From: Octopus vulgaris
Lineage: Eukaryota
Direction: 5' to 3'
Assembly: GCA_951406725.2 (NCBI GenBank)
Contig: OX597818.1
Coordinates: 46,624,001-46,688,000, forward strand
Length of the DNA stretch: 64,000 nucleotides
The notes beneath the pieces were generated by a model. That model had not been told where the DNA came from. It did no database searches and saw only the letters and a program-made list of their open reading frames with translations. Each line of letters opens with the position of its first letter. The first letter of the stretch is position 1. The translations under genes were made by a program, and so were the position numbers. Positions 13,166-25,274 of the stretch are shown here, in pieces.

Positions 13166-13862
13166 ATGTTTAAAAATTTAATATTTTACAGATTATTGTA
13201 AAATTTTGTTGTATACCCAATTGAATATTAGCTAATAACCCATTTTCTATAGCGATGTTTGAACAAAATTTTAATAATTTTAGAGAAAGTTACCCAGAAT
13301 AACAAATTCTATTGTAAAATTTTGTTGTATACCCAATTGAATATTAGCTAATAACCCATTTTCTATAGCGATGTTTGAACAAAATTTTAATAATTTTACA
13401 GAAAGTTACCCAGAATAACAAATTCTATTGTAAAATTTTGTTGTATACCCAATTGAATATTAGCTAATAACCCATTTTCTATAGCGATGTTTGAACAAAA
13501 TTTTAATAATTTTACAGAAAGTTACCCAGAATAACAAATTCTATTGTAAAATTTTGTTGTATACCCAATTGAATATTAGCTAATAACCCATTTTCTATAG
13601 CGATGTTTGAACAAAATTTTAATAATTTTACAGAAAGTTACCCAGAATAACAAATTCTATCGTAAAATTTTGTTGTATACCCAATTGAATATTAGCTAAT
13701 AACCCATTTTCTATAGCGATGTTTGAACAAAATTTTAATAATTTTACAGAAAGTTACCCAGAATAACAAATTCTATCGTAAAATTTTGTTGTATACCCAA
13801 TTGAATATTAGCTAATAACCCATTTTCTATAGCGATGTTTGAACAAAATTTTAATAATTTTA
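13141..13862 (+). repeat. Tandem array, 116-bp unit, about 6 copies
   Basis: Unit GAAAGTTACCCAGAATAAC...AATAATTTTACA starts at 13141 (144-bp variant), 13285, 13401, 13517, 13633 and 13749. Copies are almost identical. Confidence 0.95.
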
Positions 13863-14211
13863 TATATTGTTGAATTTACCTGTATCTACCTGCAATTAGA
13901 GTCACTTTGTGACAAAAATTATAGTATAGAATTGGTTGAGGACATTTCATTAAATTATCTTCCAAAAATCACATTAATATATTGATAAATAAAAAAGTTA
14001 TAGTTGTTTAATGAAACCAGACTAAATTTATGATTACGTTAGAAATTAATTGAAACACATAAGGGGTGTATTTTGGTCAGAAATATAGTAACGAAAGGAT
14101 TAAGAAAAACCAAAAAATATTTTATTCTTTATAAATGTTGTATTCAAAATAACATTTTCTTTTAAGAATGCGTATATAACAAAGTATGTGTATATAACTA
14201 CGTGGCTTATA

Positions 14212-14606
14212 TCTTTATATATAAGAGTGAAGTTGTGTGTCTGTCTCCTACGATTTAGATTCCTAACTACTCCCACATTTTGCGGTGCAGTGTAACCAAA
14301 ACCGGGTATCTTATAGTCGTGATTCATATCGAGCCCTTCTGGGTATTAGCGCGCGTCTACGATGAGTCTACGATTTTAAAAAATTTACCATCATATTTTT
14401 CCATTTTAATGCATTTTTTCGCTATTATATAAGGGAAGTAACTCTCTAAAAATATCTACGATGTGTCAACGATTTAAAAAGAAATTTACCTTAATTTTTT
14501 TTCCATTTTTTATGCATTTTTTGCTATTTTTTGGCTATAACTCTCTAAAAATGCTTATATAGTTATTTCCCTTACAAACCCGAGCAACGCCGGGCGATAC
14601 TGCTAG
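14212..14606 (+). mobile_element. Non-autonomous Helitron (copy 2)
   Basis: A|TCTTTATATATAAG ... CCCGAGCAACGCCGGGCGATACTGCTAG|T: TC start, subterminal GC-rich hairpin, CTAG end, A/T target site. Confidence 0.85.
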
Positions 14607-16039
14607 TTATATAATAAAATATATACAGAGTAAAATAAAAACCAATTTACCTTTTCTGTCCGTCCGTGTGTCTTTGCAAATGTGTTGGAATGATAAGTGA
14701 GTTGAGTTTTGGCGCCTTTTTTACTAATAACAAACACACACGTGTTTGTATGTAGTTGTATGTGTATGTAGTTGTATGTAGTTGTATATGCATGTGTATG
14801 CGTCTGTGTGTGAGGAATGAGACACACACACTCACGCACGCACACATGTACATCAATGTTTTCGGAGTGATATGTTAAAATATTGAGTTTTCTCGAATTT
14901 TGTCTTAATTGGTGGTAAAATTGAAAGAAATTTTTATGGCATCACCCACTGAAGTACTCTGAAAAATCTTAGGTAAACTCTAATTGAAGAAATTGTGTGA
15001 GGATTAAATCGTTATGTATTTATTTGTTTCTGTTTGCTGTGTTTCTTTATTTTTTGAGTAGTGGTTTAAATACTTTCAGTTTAGTCTTGCTCAAATCACT
15101 CTGTCGCTATTTACTTTCATTTTATTCGTTGCCCACTGTGTGTGTGCGTTTGCGTGTGGTGTAAACCAGACTAAGAAAAGCATTTGACACACACACCAGA
15201 ATGTGAGTTTTCTGTAAATTTTGCTTAATTGGAGTTTAAATTTTAAAAACTGGACCTGGCATGACGCGATGCATTGTACTCTAAAAAATGCTAGGTAAAT
15301 TGTAATTGAAGAAATCCTATATTGTAGATTTGTATAACTCCCAAAGGGAGGCAGATAAAATCTGCCTTTTATAATAAGAGATATAAGGAAAAAGAGAGAA
15401 GGAAAAAGGATCTGTATATGCTTATAAATATCCATATGCGTGTATTTATGTGTCTATGTAGCTAATTTTGTTTAAATTATACAAATTATATAAATTATGC
15501 ATTAAAGTATAATTTATAAATTATATAAATTACACAAATTACCTGAGGTCATAAATGTTTTTCACTCTTTTTGTCTAAGTCTTATGACTGGCTGTAGTCG
15601 AGGGAGAACAACGTTTTGCTGGTGGCGCCCATTTAGTCAAACACACATGCTTACACACGTTCTCTTGTCTCCAGAGAAACACAGGTTCTTTTCGTTAAAG
15701 ACATGCAATCTCAGGAAATTGATTGTCGATTACTTGAGATTACCTTCCTTTCTAATTTAGAGTCGCTTGCAGTTGCCGTTAATATTTTGTTTACTTTCTC
15801 TCGAAGCTAAAATAGTTTCAGGAAATCAAGAATTTATCTTGTATGATATTTACTGCAGTACAACTGGTTTTGGCTTTGTTGTCCACATTTATGCCACTTG
15901 CTACTCTCAGCTATTTCTGTTAGCTCATGTTTGCTTTAATTATACATTTACATACATGCGTACATATATATACATATGTATGCACACAGACATACACACA
16001 TATATATATATATACACACATACACACATATATATATCT

Positions 16040-16106
<67 letters not shown>

Positions 16107-16591
16107 AACACATATGCATACATATATATTATATCGTACATTGTACCTGTTACATAACAGCCAGACTTTTCACCAGTGTTTTCATTTTCCTATTTTGGTA
16201 CGATTTCTTAAATATATTTCCATTTTTTTTCTATTTTCTTATTTTTTCTCACTATTCATACAGTCTTTTACATATCCTCCGCCACCCACCACTACTTCTT
16301 CTCACATGCAATACAATTACACCGATATACCATCCACACACACCATCACTATCCCACACCACCACACTTTCATGCTTGCAAACGCACGCACACATACATA
16401 CACCCCAAGAAACCACACACATTCCATACTACCACACAATCTTCTCCATATTCCCATCTTTGTATATGGATACTCTGTATATGGATGCTCACAGCATCCC
16501 ACCTCCTCCTCCCTTTCTAATTTTGTCCCATAGATCTACATTCAGATCTTTATTTCCTACCTTTCCTCCTTCTTATATTGCTCAATCTTTT

Positions 16592-16626
16592 ATTTTTGAT
16601 GAAGGACTAGCGTCCGAAACATCAAA
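16592..16626 (+). ncRNA. Degenerate minimal hammerhead ribozyme motif (Penelope-type)
   Basis: TTTT-TTGATGA-A-GGAC-TAGC-GTCC-GAAAC-ATC-AAA. Perfect 4-bp stem II, GAAA box and U/A stem I, but core C3 is replaced by U. Confidence 0.55.
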
Positions 16627-16689
16627 CTACTGCGCTTGTTAAATCTTGCCCCTATTGTGTTGTCTTCTTTTTCTGTTTATAGCCTAATA

Positions 16690-17350
16690 GATACCTTCAA
16701 ACCATAGCCACTCATAATAAAAAGGAATACTGGTGGAATGTCCCAATGAAAACCTCAATAAACTGTAAGCACAACAGACCTGATATACTGATTTGGGATT
16801 GAGAAGAGAAACTGTGCACAGTTGTGGAAATTAGCTGCCCAGAGGATGTTAATATAAAGCTGAAGATCAGTGGAAAAAAGAACACCTACTCTGAACTATC
16901 GAGAAATCTGCAGTTACTCTATCCAAATTACAAGTTCAGGTTTATATCTGTAATTATTAGGGCACTGGGATATGTAACACACTGCCTAAATACCAATCTT
17001 GAGAAATTATGCTTCTCAAAACCAGAAAGGAGACAGCTAATTCGAAGACTACAGATCCACTCCATCACTGGAACTGTAAAAATCTGCGCAAGTTACCAGA
17101 AGTTTATCATTTAAATATATATGAACATGTCTAGATATGTAACTATATGCATGAGAATACATACATAAAACAAAACATACATACATACATACATACATAC
17201 ATACATACATACATACATACATACATACATACATACATACAAAAGTACTCTGTTGAGGATGTTGAAATTCCAATGAAGGAACCTTGGATCTAGGTTAGAA
17301 ACCGGATCTTTCTCTATTGGCAAGAAATCTGGAAATAAAACTGAATAATG
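16690..17350 (+). mobile_element. 3' fragment of an RLE-type (restriction-like endonuclease) non-LTR retrotransposon ending in (TACA)n
   Basis: Frame YWWNVPMKTSINCKHNRPDILIWD*EEKLCTVVEISCPEDVNIKLKISGKKNTYSEL...VIIRALG carries the RPD...E-x-S-x-P...K-x-x-x-Y RLE motif. Stop at 17114, then 3' UTR and a microsatellite tail. Confidence 0.75.
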
Positions 17351-17588
<238 letters not shown>

Positions 17589-17589
17589 C

Positions 17590-18459
17590 CGAAGTTTCGG
17601 GTTTTAATAACTATCAATAAATGTGATAAGATATGAAAATTATACATCATTATAAAAGCTTAGTGTGTATTCTTTTTGTTTCAAACTAAATAAATTTAGG
17701 TTTATAAATCAGATAATGGCTATAGACCGAAATACAATCATAACCTTCCAAAAAGGAGGCGAAAGTAATATAGCTATAGAAAAAAGCTTAAGATTAAACG
17801 AACAACAGCCTGAAAAATTGTCAAGGAATTTCAAGAGACTGGTTCCACCGTCGATCGACCCGGACGTGGCTGAAAAAGAAGTGTGCAAACCTCTCAGCTT
17901 ATCAAAAGTGCCACAGAAAAGATACGGTGAAATCCTCGTCCTTCCTTCAGAAAACTGATTGCCACAGCAAAAGTAAGCCGAACATCAATGTATCGAGTGC
18001 TGAAGGAGTATCTCAGGATCCACCCCTACAAGATAATCCGCCGTCGTGAGCTCACGCAAGTTTATAAGGCCATAAGACCGGAGAGAAAAACATTCCGTTG
18101 TTCATAGGCAAGAATGTATGGCCCTCAAGATGTCCTGATCTCAACCCTTTGGAATTTTTCTGTTTGGTTTCATTTTGGAAAGGAGGGTCTCGAGTACTCC
18201 TCATGCTTTGCTCGACGCTCTGAAGGCAAAACTGTGCCAGGAATGGGCTTCGATTCCGCAAGAACAGCTGCGTGTGAAGCACTCGCACTAAGACTTAAGG
18301 CAGTGATTCAAAACAGAGGTGGTCACATCGAATAAATGTGGTAGTGTCCTTTCTGAGTATATATGAGTATATAAGTTCTTTCGCTCTGACCCGAAATATA
18401 ACAATATTTTGCTTGGCAAAATTGAAAAAAGTTGGTTCTCTTAATTTGGGGATACCCTG
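17590..18459 (+). mobile_element. Internally deleted Tc1/mariner-superfamily transposon (maT/DD37D-like or Tc3-like)
   Basis: Frameshifted remnants FQETGSTVDRPGRG, VSRTSMYRVLKEYLRIHPYK, WPSRCPDLNPLEF and the C-terminal RLKAVIQNRGGHIE*. The right TIR ...AATTTGGGGATACCCTG is followed by TA; the left end is lost in (GATA)n. Confidence 0.75.
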
Positions 18460-18618
18460 TATATATCACAGTATCGACCAGCCTATCGAATATAATTATA
18501 CATCGCTAGTTACAATGCGCTTCTTCACATTGAATTAGCTTTTGAATGATGCCACTCAGCTGGCTAACCCAGCAAGTGTGTGTGCGTGTATGTGTAGTAC
18601 GCATAGGATTGTTATATA

Positions 18619-18822
18619 GGCGTAGGAGTGGCTGTGTGGTTATAGGCGTATGAGTGGCTGTGTGGTTAGTAGCTTGCTTCTTGCTTACGAACCACATGGT
18701 TCCGGGTTCAGTCCCACTGCGTGGCACCTTGGGCAGGTGTGTTCTACTATAGCCTCGGGCCGACCAAAGCCTTGTGAGTGGATTTGGGAGACGGAAACTG
18801 AAAGAAGCCCGTCATATATATG

Positions 18823-18857
<35 letters not shown>

Positions 18858-19082
18858 ATACGTTTGTGTGTCTGCGTTTGTCCCCCCCCCCAACATCGCT
18901 TGACAACCGATGCTGGTGTGTTACGTCCCCATAGCTTAGCCGTTCAGCAACAGAGACCAATAGAATAAGTACTAGGCTTAGAAAGAAGACGTCCTGGGGT
19001 CGATTTGCTCGACTAAAGGCGGTGCTCCAGCATGGCCACAGACAAATGACTGAAACAAGTAAAAAAGTAAAAGAGTAAAGAG
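18619..19082 (+). mobile_element. SINE family B with duplicated 5' start
   Basis: TATAGGCGTARGAGTGGCTGTGTGGT occurs twice (about 18615-18667), followed by a full B body and a (GTAAAAGA)n-like tail. Confidence 0.85.
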
Positions 19083-20283
19083 TATATATCCTTCAGAGAT
19101 ATCAGCTTTGACCTTCCATTATACTGAATCTTCCTTGTTACAGAGTAACGAATCATTCATTACAGTAAAAACTGAAACAGAGACGTAGTGTTTGTTAACC
19201 ATATTTTTATCAGCGGCTTCACTGGAATGTTAGAAGATAGCACCGTTAAAGTGTTATCGGTGGTCATCATGGGAAATTAATAAATTGACCGATAAACATG
19301 TAAATAAATGACTATATCTTTGAGGGATGGTTAAATTAAGCAATGGATTAGACAGATAGATCGACAGATGGTGAACAGAAAAACAGACAGACAGATAGAT
19401 TTCATTCATGTTTAGAGTCTGTTTTTAGTTTATAGTACTATTTCTCTCATCCATCTGTTCTATAGAATTTCAAGAAATATTCGTTTTATTACTCTAGAAA
19501 ACTCTTTAATTATTCTCTAGCAGCCATAACCGACGGTGTTAGCAGCATTCTTGCCAATATTATAAATTCTCTAGATATGTCCAAGAGAGCTTAATTACCA
19601 GAGACGTCATAAAATCTAACAGAAAACAATAATTGGCATTAATGTTTTGCTTTTTTTTTATTTTCGCGTTGCCTCGCAGAAATATAATCAAGCTTTCTCT
19701 TCGTTGAAGTAGATTTATTACTTTCGATATAACTGCAAATCTTGTCTATTTTGCTAAGAAAATAATATATTGTGCCAAGGACTTGAGGGCCACAACTTGT
19801 TTCCGTTTTCTTGGCGTGAAAAAAAATGAGAGATAAATCTCCCCGTCTATCATAGATAGGCACCTAAAGCCCTTCATTGGCATTTCTGAATGCTGCTACG
19901 ACTGGTGGTACTCTGAGAATAGCAGCTCATTATATCGTTTTTCATGTTGTTGCTCTTACGACCTTCTCTGGGCTTAAAAGCACTCGTATGGTCTTTACTG
20001 TCACAGGGGTAGCAGCTAAAATTTCTGCTTTGCACCGGTAGTCTCGAGGTTTATACATATACATTTGAAAAAATGAGTAGAAATGGCTTTTTGGGTGGGG
20101 TTAATTTTTATTTTAATAATAATGTTTACTGTGAGTTACTAAGTTAATGAGTTTCTAGCTTCAAATAGCCGTTTACAAACTGAAAAATGATATGTTTTAC
20201 TGGCTGCTTAAATAACAAAAAATTTGGATATCAAAAAATATATATATATATAAAAATACAAAAGCATGTGTGTAGACGACGAC

Positions 20284-20647
20284 GAAGAAGAAGAAGAAGA
20301 AGAAGAAGAAGAAGAAGAAGAAGAAGAAGAAGAAGAAGAAGAAGAAGAAGAAGAAGAAGAAGAAGAAGAAGAAGAAGAAGAAGAAGAAGAAGAAGAAGAA
20401 GAAGAGGAGGAGGAGGAGGAAGAAGAAGAAGAAGAAGAAGAAGAGGAGGTGGAGGAGGAGGAAGAAGAAGAAGAAGAAGAAGAAGAAGAAGAAGAAGAAG
20501 AAGAAGAAGCGGAAGCAGAAGAAGAAGAGGAAGCAGAGGAGGAGGAGGAGGAGGAGGAAGAAGAAGAAGAAGAAGAAGAAGAAGAAGAAGAAGAAGAAGA
20601 AGAAGAAGAAGAAGAAGAAGAAGAAGAAGAAGAAGAAGAAGAAGAAA
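20284..20647. repeat. (GAA)n/(GAG)n trinucleotide microsatellite
   Basis: Direct reading; an almost pure polypurine tract of about 360 bp. Confidence 0.95.
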
Positions 20648-20954
20648 GAATGAGGCTCGTGTTCACTTTTGTGGCCTTCTATAAATAGATCATTGATCTT
20701 TAGGAGTCACTAGGACATATACTTTTACGGTGCAGTGCTTTTCTGTGTTGTACCACGATAGTGGACACGAGCTATATATCAATGTCCGTTTCTGTAATCT
20801 TTGCAAAGCACCATCAAGTAAAATGGAAACGAACATTTGAATATATGTGTAACCCACCAGCACATATTTTTCGTGTTGTCTTCAGTTTTGAAAAGTCTAT
20901 ATACGGTTCTGTTGGCTCTACCTCGGCCGATAGAGAAAGTATTGTCCACACATA

Positions 20955-21375
20955 GGCGCAGGAGTGGCTGTGTGGTAAGTAGCTTGCTTACAACCCGATG
21001 GTCCTGGCTTCAGTCCTACTGCGTGGCACCTTGGGCAAGTGTCTTCTACTATAGCCTCGGGCCGACCAAAGCCTTGTGCGTGGATTTGGTAGACGGAAAC
21101 TAAAAGAAGCCCGTCGTATATGTATATGCACATATATATGTGTGTGTGTGTGTATGTTTGTGTGGTTGTCCCCCCAACATCGCTTGACAACCGATGCTGG
21201 TGTGTTTACGTCCCCGTAACTTAACGGTTCGGAAAAAGAGACCGATAGAATAAGTACTAGGCTTACAAAGAATAAACCCTGGGGTCGATTTGCTCGATTA
21301 AAGGCGGTGCTCCGGCATGGCCGTAGTCAAATGACTGAAACAAGTAAAAGAATAAAAAGAATAAAAGAATAAAAT
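20955..21375 (+). mobile_element. SINE family B, full length
   Basis: Complete head, CORE-like block and tail. Confidence 0.85.
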
Positions 21376-21589
21376 AACATCGGTCAGGGTTACTTCCAGT
21401 TGTTGTTTTTAGGGTATAATGAAGCTCTGTCAGTTTAAAGAAAGATTGGAGTATACAAGTCCTTTTTTTTTTTCAGTTCTACAATATATTCCAAAAACAA
21501 GAAAACGTTGTTCTTTACATCATATCTCTCTCGTACCTTTTTCTTTTCTAAGGGTTGTTCTATACCACGTAACTCTTTTCGACTTGCAA

Positions 21590-21806
21590 TTCTTTTATTC
21601 TTTTATTCTTTTACTTGTTTCAGTCACTTGACTGCGGCCATGCTGGAGCACCGCCTTTAGTCGAGCAAATCGACCCAGGACTTATTCTTTGGAAGCCTAG
21701 TACTTATTCTATCGTTCACTTTTGCCGAACTGCTAAGTTACGGGGACATAATCACACCAGCATCGGTTGTCAAGCGATAGTTGGGGACAAGCACAGACAC
21801 ACACAC

Positions 21807-21839
<33 letters not shown>

Positions 21840-22056
21840 TGTTGCACTTAATTGTTTTTCCCGTTTTCGTTTTCGTTTCGTCTTGTTCCACGTCTCTGTC
21901 CTGTTGTAACAAAATGTCTTTTCCGTTTTCGTTCTGTTGATTTTTTCGTCTTCCTGTGATGTCCTGTACGTATATACATATATATGCATGTATATATACA
22001 TGTAGATGTCGGTACGTACATATATGTTTGTATGTATGCATATATTTTATTTATTA

Positions 22057-22116
<60 letters not shown>

Positions 22117-22310
22117 TTATTTATTTATTTATTTATATTTATATATATGACGGGCTTCTTTCAGTTTCCATCTACCAAATCCACTCACAAGGCTCTGGTC
22201 GGCCCGAGGCTATAGTAGAAGACAGTTGCCCAAGGTGCCACGTAGTAGGACTGAACCCCGAACCATATGGTTGGTTAGCAAGCTACTTACCACACAGCCA
22301 CTCCTGCGCC
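21590..22310 (-). mobile_element. SINE family B with an insertion (about 21840-22060) in its internal (TA)n
   Basis: Reverse complement of the B consensus. The insert shares GTCCTGTAC...ACATGTAGA..GGTACGTACATATATG with 2740-2830. Confidence 0.8.
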
Positions 22311-24092
22311 CAACGTTGGTAACATTCTTACTATTGCTACTACCATTATAAAGAATAGATTTTTTTCTCATTTGTTGAAGTCTGATTGTTTGCTGAATCT
22401 GCTTGCTTTGGTCGTTAATTTTCTTTACATTTGTCATTTTATGTTATCTAATATTTTTTATTTTTTTTATTTTTTCATTGGGATGTGATAGGTGATTTCA
22501 CGTTTGTGGATATTGCATTTCACTGCTATCACATAAGACGAAATACTTAACAATTGGCAAATAAACAATTTTTGATCTTAAATAAATGTCTACAAAACAA
22601 AAATTTCATATGCCGCAAAGTAATGTTAAGCAGGCGTCCAGAAATCCATTGTAATTGACGACGAAACTTTTTCCTTAAACAAATCATTTTTCGGCCATTT
22701 TTGGAGCTGGCACCGGTGGATTTCTGAAGAAAGAAGTTTCTAGGCTCTGCTGATGACGTTACTGCTTCAGGTACTATTCCGCTCTCCCCCCTCTCTCTCC
22801 CCTGTTTTCTCAGCTTCTCAAGGCAGAATATATTGCTACATATAAGTACTGCTCTTACTGCTACATATATACCAGTTAGATTTTGTGCCTTTCACAACAA
22901 ATTTTATCGCTTTTCTTTCTGCGCCCTTAATGAGGTACATCTCTTAGATCGATTTGTGACCTCCATATCCATACTGAGACCACAAGTCCACCTGCCATTT
23001 CATGGTCACTTCAATATTTGCCACTTGTTCGTACTTTGTTACAGAGGTGACAACGATTCAGAAGTCAATATCACTACCAGTATTTCTAGCAATGATCCTT
23101 ATGTTTCGCTGATCCATATATTGATGAGGCATCAATTCAGTTTGTCACTTTGCTTCGTTCTCCATCTTGAAGACCAGACATATAGTCCCATAAGCCCTTC
23201 ACGGTCGATGGAAACTACAGTATTCTATGTATCACCCAGAGCTTCTTTTAAAAGTGAGAGTATACTGAAACACTCTTCGGCTTTTTGAGAGGCAGATTTA
23301 TGTTCCTAACTAATCGTTTTCTTCAATAAAACCATCAGAAAAAGAGGTAGACTGTGTAATAAATCTGTTCCACATTTTTTTTTCAAGAGATGGCCTATAT
23401 TCACAATTACTTTTTCGTAGGTAACTTGGGAAAAATATTAACCACCTTCGTTATTGTTTTCGTTGTTCGTTGCCATTTGGGTATATAACATTCCCCGATG
23501 TAGTGCGAATCGTCTGCGTTTACATGTTTAGGCATTACACTTTTCCTTCTGTTTCTAATTTTTTTTTAAATCCATGTTTTTAAACAAAAACATGAATTAA
23601 AATTCTCAGGAGTGTAATCACCAGATGAAGAAAACATGCCATTACGCGAACAAACTAATATTTAAAAACAAAATAAATCAAAAATATCCAACAAACTTAT
23701 TTTTTCAGCTCAAAGTAAACTGGGTGGATACTCAAATGTTCCAACCCGTAACAATAATTAAAAAGTAAATAAATACGTAAAGTACAGACACGGTAAATAA
23801 AATCCTTCAACGGAATGCTGCTGGAAACACTTCCACTCTCCTAGAACATAATAATTATTTCAAATTTTTGCCACAAGAGCAGCTTGGGGGAGGTGAGGAT
23901 GAGTCGATTACATCAAACCCAGTGTTCAACTTGTTATTTATTTTATCGACCCCGGGAGGATGAAAGGCAAAATCGACCTTGGCGGAATTTGAACTAAGAA
24001 CGTAGCGATGGACGAAATACCGCTAAGTATTCCGTCCAGCTTGCTAACGATTCTGTCAGTTCGCCGTCTTCTCCTCGAACATAATGATTATA

Positions 24093-24143
<51 letters not shown>

Positions 24144-24163
24144 GTAAATAATAATAATAATAA

Positions 24164-24194
<31 letters not shown>

Positions 24195-24267
24195 AAGAAG
24201 AAGAAGAAGAAGAAGAAGAAGAAGAAGAAGAAGAAGAAGAAGAAGAAGAAGAAGAAGAAGAAGAAGA

Positions 24268-25198
24268 AACAACAAAAGCTATAAAACAAATGAAATCCAA
24301 ACTAAAACTAGAACAGCAAAGAACCATGATAAAACGATGGCAAGAAAAGCCCCTTCATGGTAAATACTGGACTAAACTAAATGCAAAAGAAATAGACAAA
24401 GAAAAATCCCAGTAATGGTTGAGAAGCTCAGGACTCAAAGCAGAGACAGAGGGATTGTTAATTGCAGCACAAGACCAAAGCCTCCCCACCAGAAATTACC
24501 AAAAACATGTAATGAAAAGAAAGATAACAAGTAACTGCAGAATATGTGGAGATGGACAAGAAACAATAAATCATATTTTCTCTGGCTGCCCATTCCTGGC
24601 TAAGAAGGAATATATTCACAGATATGACAGAGTTGGGACCTACATACACTGGAAGCTATGCCAACATTATGGAATAACAACAGAAAAAAGATGTTATAGG
24701 CACACACCAGAAAAGATCACAGAAAACGAGAAAGCAATCATACTCTGGGATATGCCGATACACAGAGATAGAGAAATTAAGGCCAACAGACCAGATATAG
24801 TTGTCAGAGATCATGAAGAAAAAAATGCTTTCTAATTGATGTATCAATACCAGCAGATGACAACGTGTCTCTAAAAGAAATGAAGATACTTTCAAAATAC
24901 AAAGACCTGGAAATAGAGGTAACCAGAATGTGGAATCTAAAAACAGAAACAATTCCTATCATAGTAGGTGCATTAGGCATGATGAAAAAATATTCAGACA
25001 AATACATAACAAAAATACCAGGACTTACAAACACATATAACATACAGAAAATTGCACTACTAGGCACTGCACACATCCTACGCAGAACACTTTCCATACA
25101 ATAACCATCAGAGCATCACAACAAATCACAGCACATACCCAAGGCACACAGAGCTGCGCTCGGTAGTGAAGTGAAAGCACGCTATAAAAATAAAACTA

Positions 25199-25202
<4 letters not shown>
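24268..25202 (+). mobile_element. 5'-truncated R4/Dong-clade non-LTR retrotransposon in a (TAA)n tract
   Basis: ORFs 24419-24835 and 24865-25104 (one frameshift) give ETEGLLIAAQDQ, a CCHC knuckle CRICG...ETINHIFSGC, RLE motifs RPDIVV...IDVSIP...KYKDL, and the end LGTAHILRRTL*. (TAA)n/(GAA)n lies upstream and (TAA)n downstream. Confidence 0.9.

Positions 25203-25274
<72 letters not shown>

Larger units (their letters stand above)
12516..15381. mobile_element. Composite element bounded by about 245-bp inverted arms (12516-12760 and 15137-15381)
   Basis: Arms TCTCTTATTATAAAAGGCAGATTTTATCTGCC...CGCAAACGCACACACACA are near-perfect reverse complements. TA flanks both ends (12514-12515, 15382-15383). 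Confidence 0.8.

Noticed and set aside
13141-13862. Possible CRISPR-like array
   Set aside because: Units are contiguous near-identical 116-mers with no unique spacers, the context is eukaryotic, and there are no cas genes.
15767-16642. 291-aa ORF
   Set aside because: Low-complexity CA/TA-rich sequence with a non-ATG start and no protein motif.
20187-20688. Poly-Glu, poly-Arg and poly-Ser ORFs
   Set aside because: All are frames of a (GAA)n microsatellite, with no unique coding context or convincing splice signals.
20860-20890. Minus-strand CTGAAGA-CAACAC-GAAA, plus isolated CUGANGA boxes near 7983, 8075, 22750, 36814, 39308 and 39710
   Set aside because: No stem II pairing or no correctly placed GAAA/NUH; expected by chance.
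22620-23560. Possible decayed LINE ORF1 (gag-like) on the minus strand
   Set aside because: Composition looks like an old coding relic, but there are many stops and no motif I can name with confidence.
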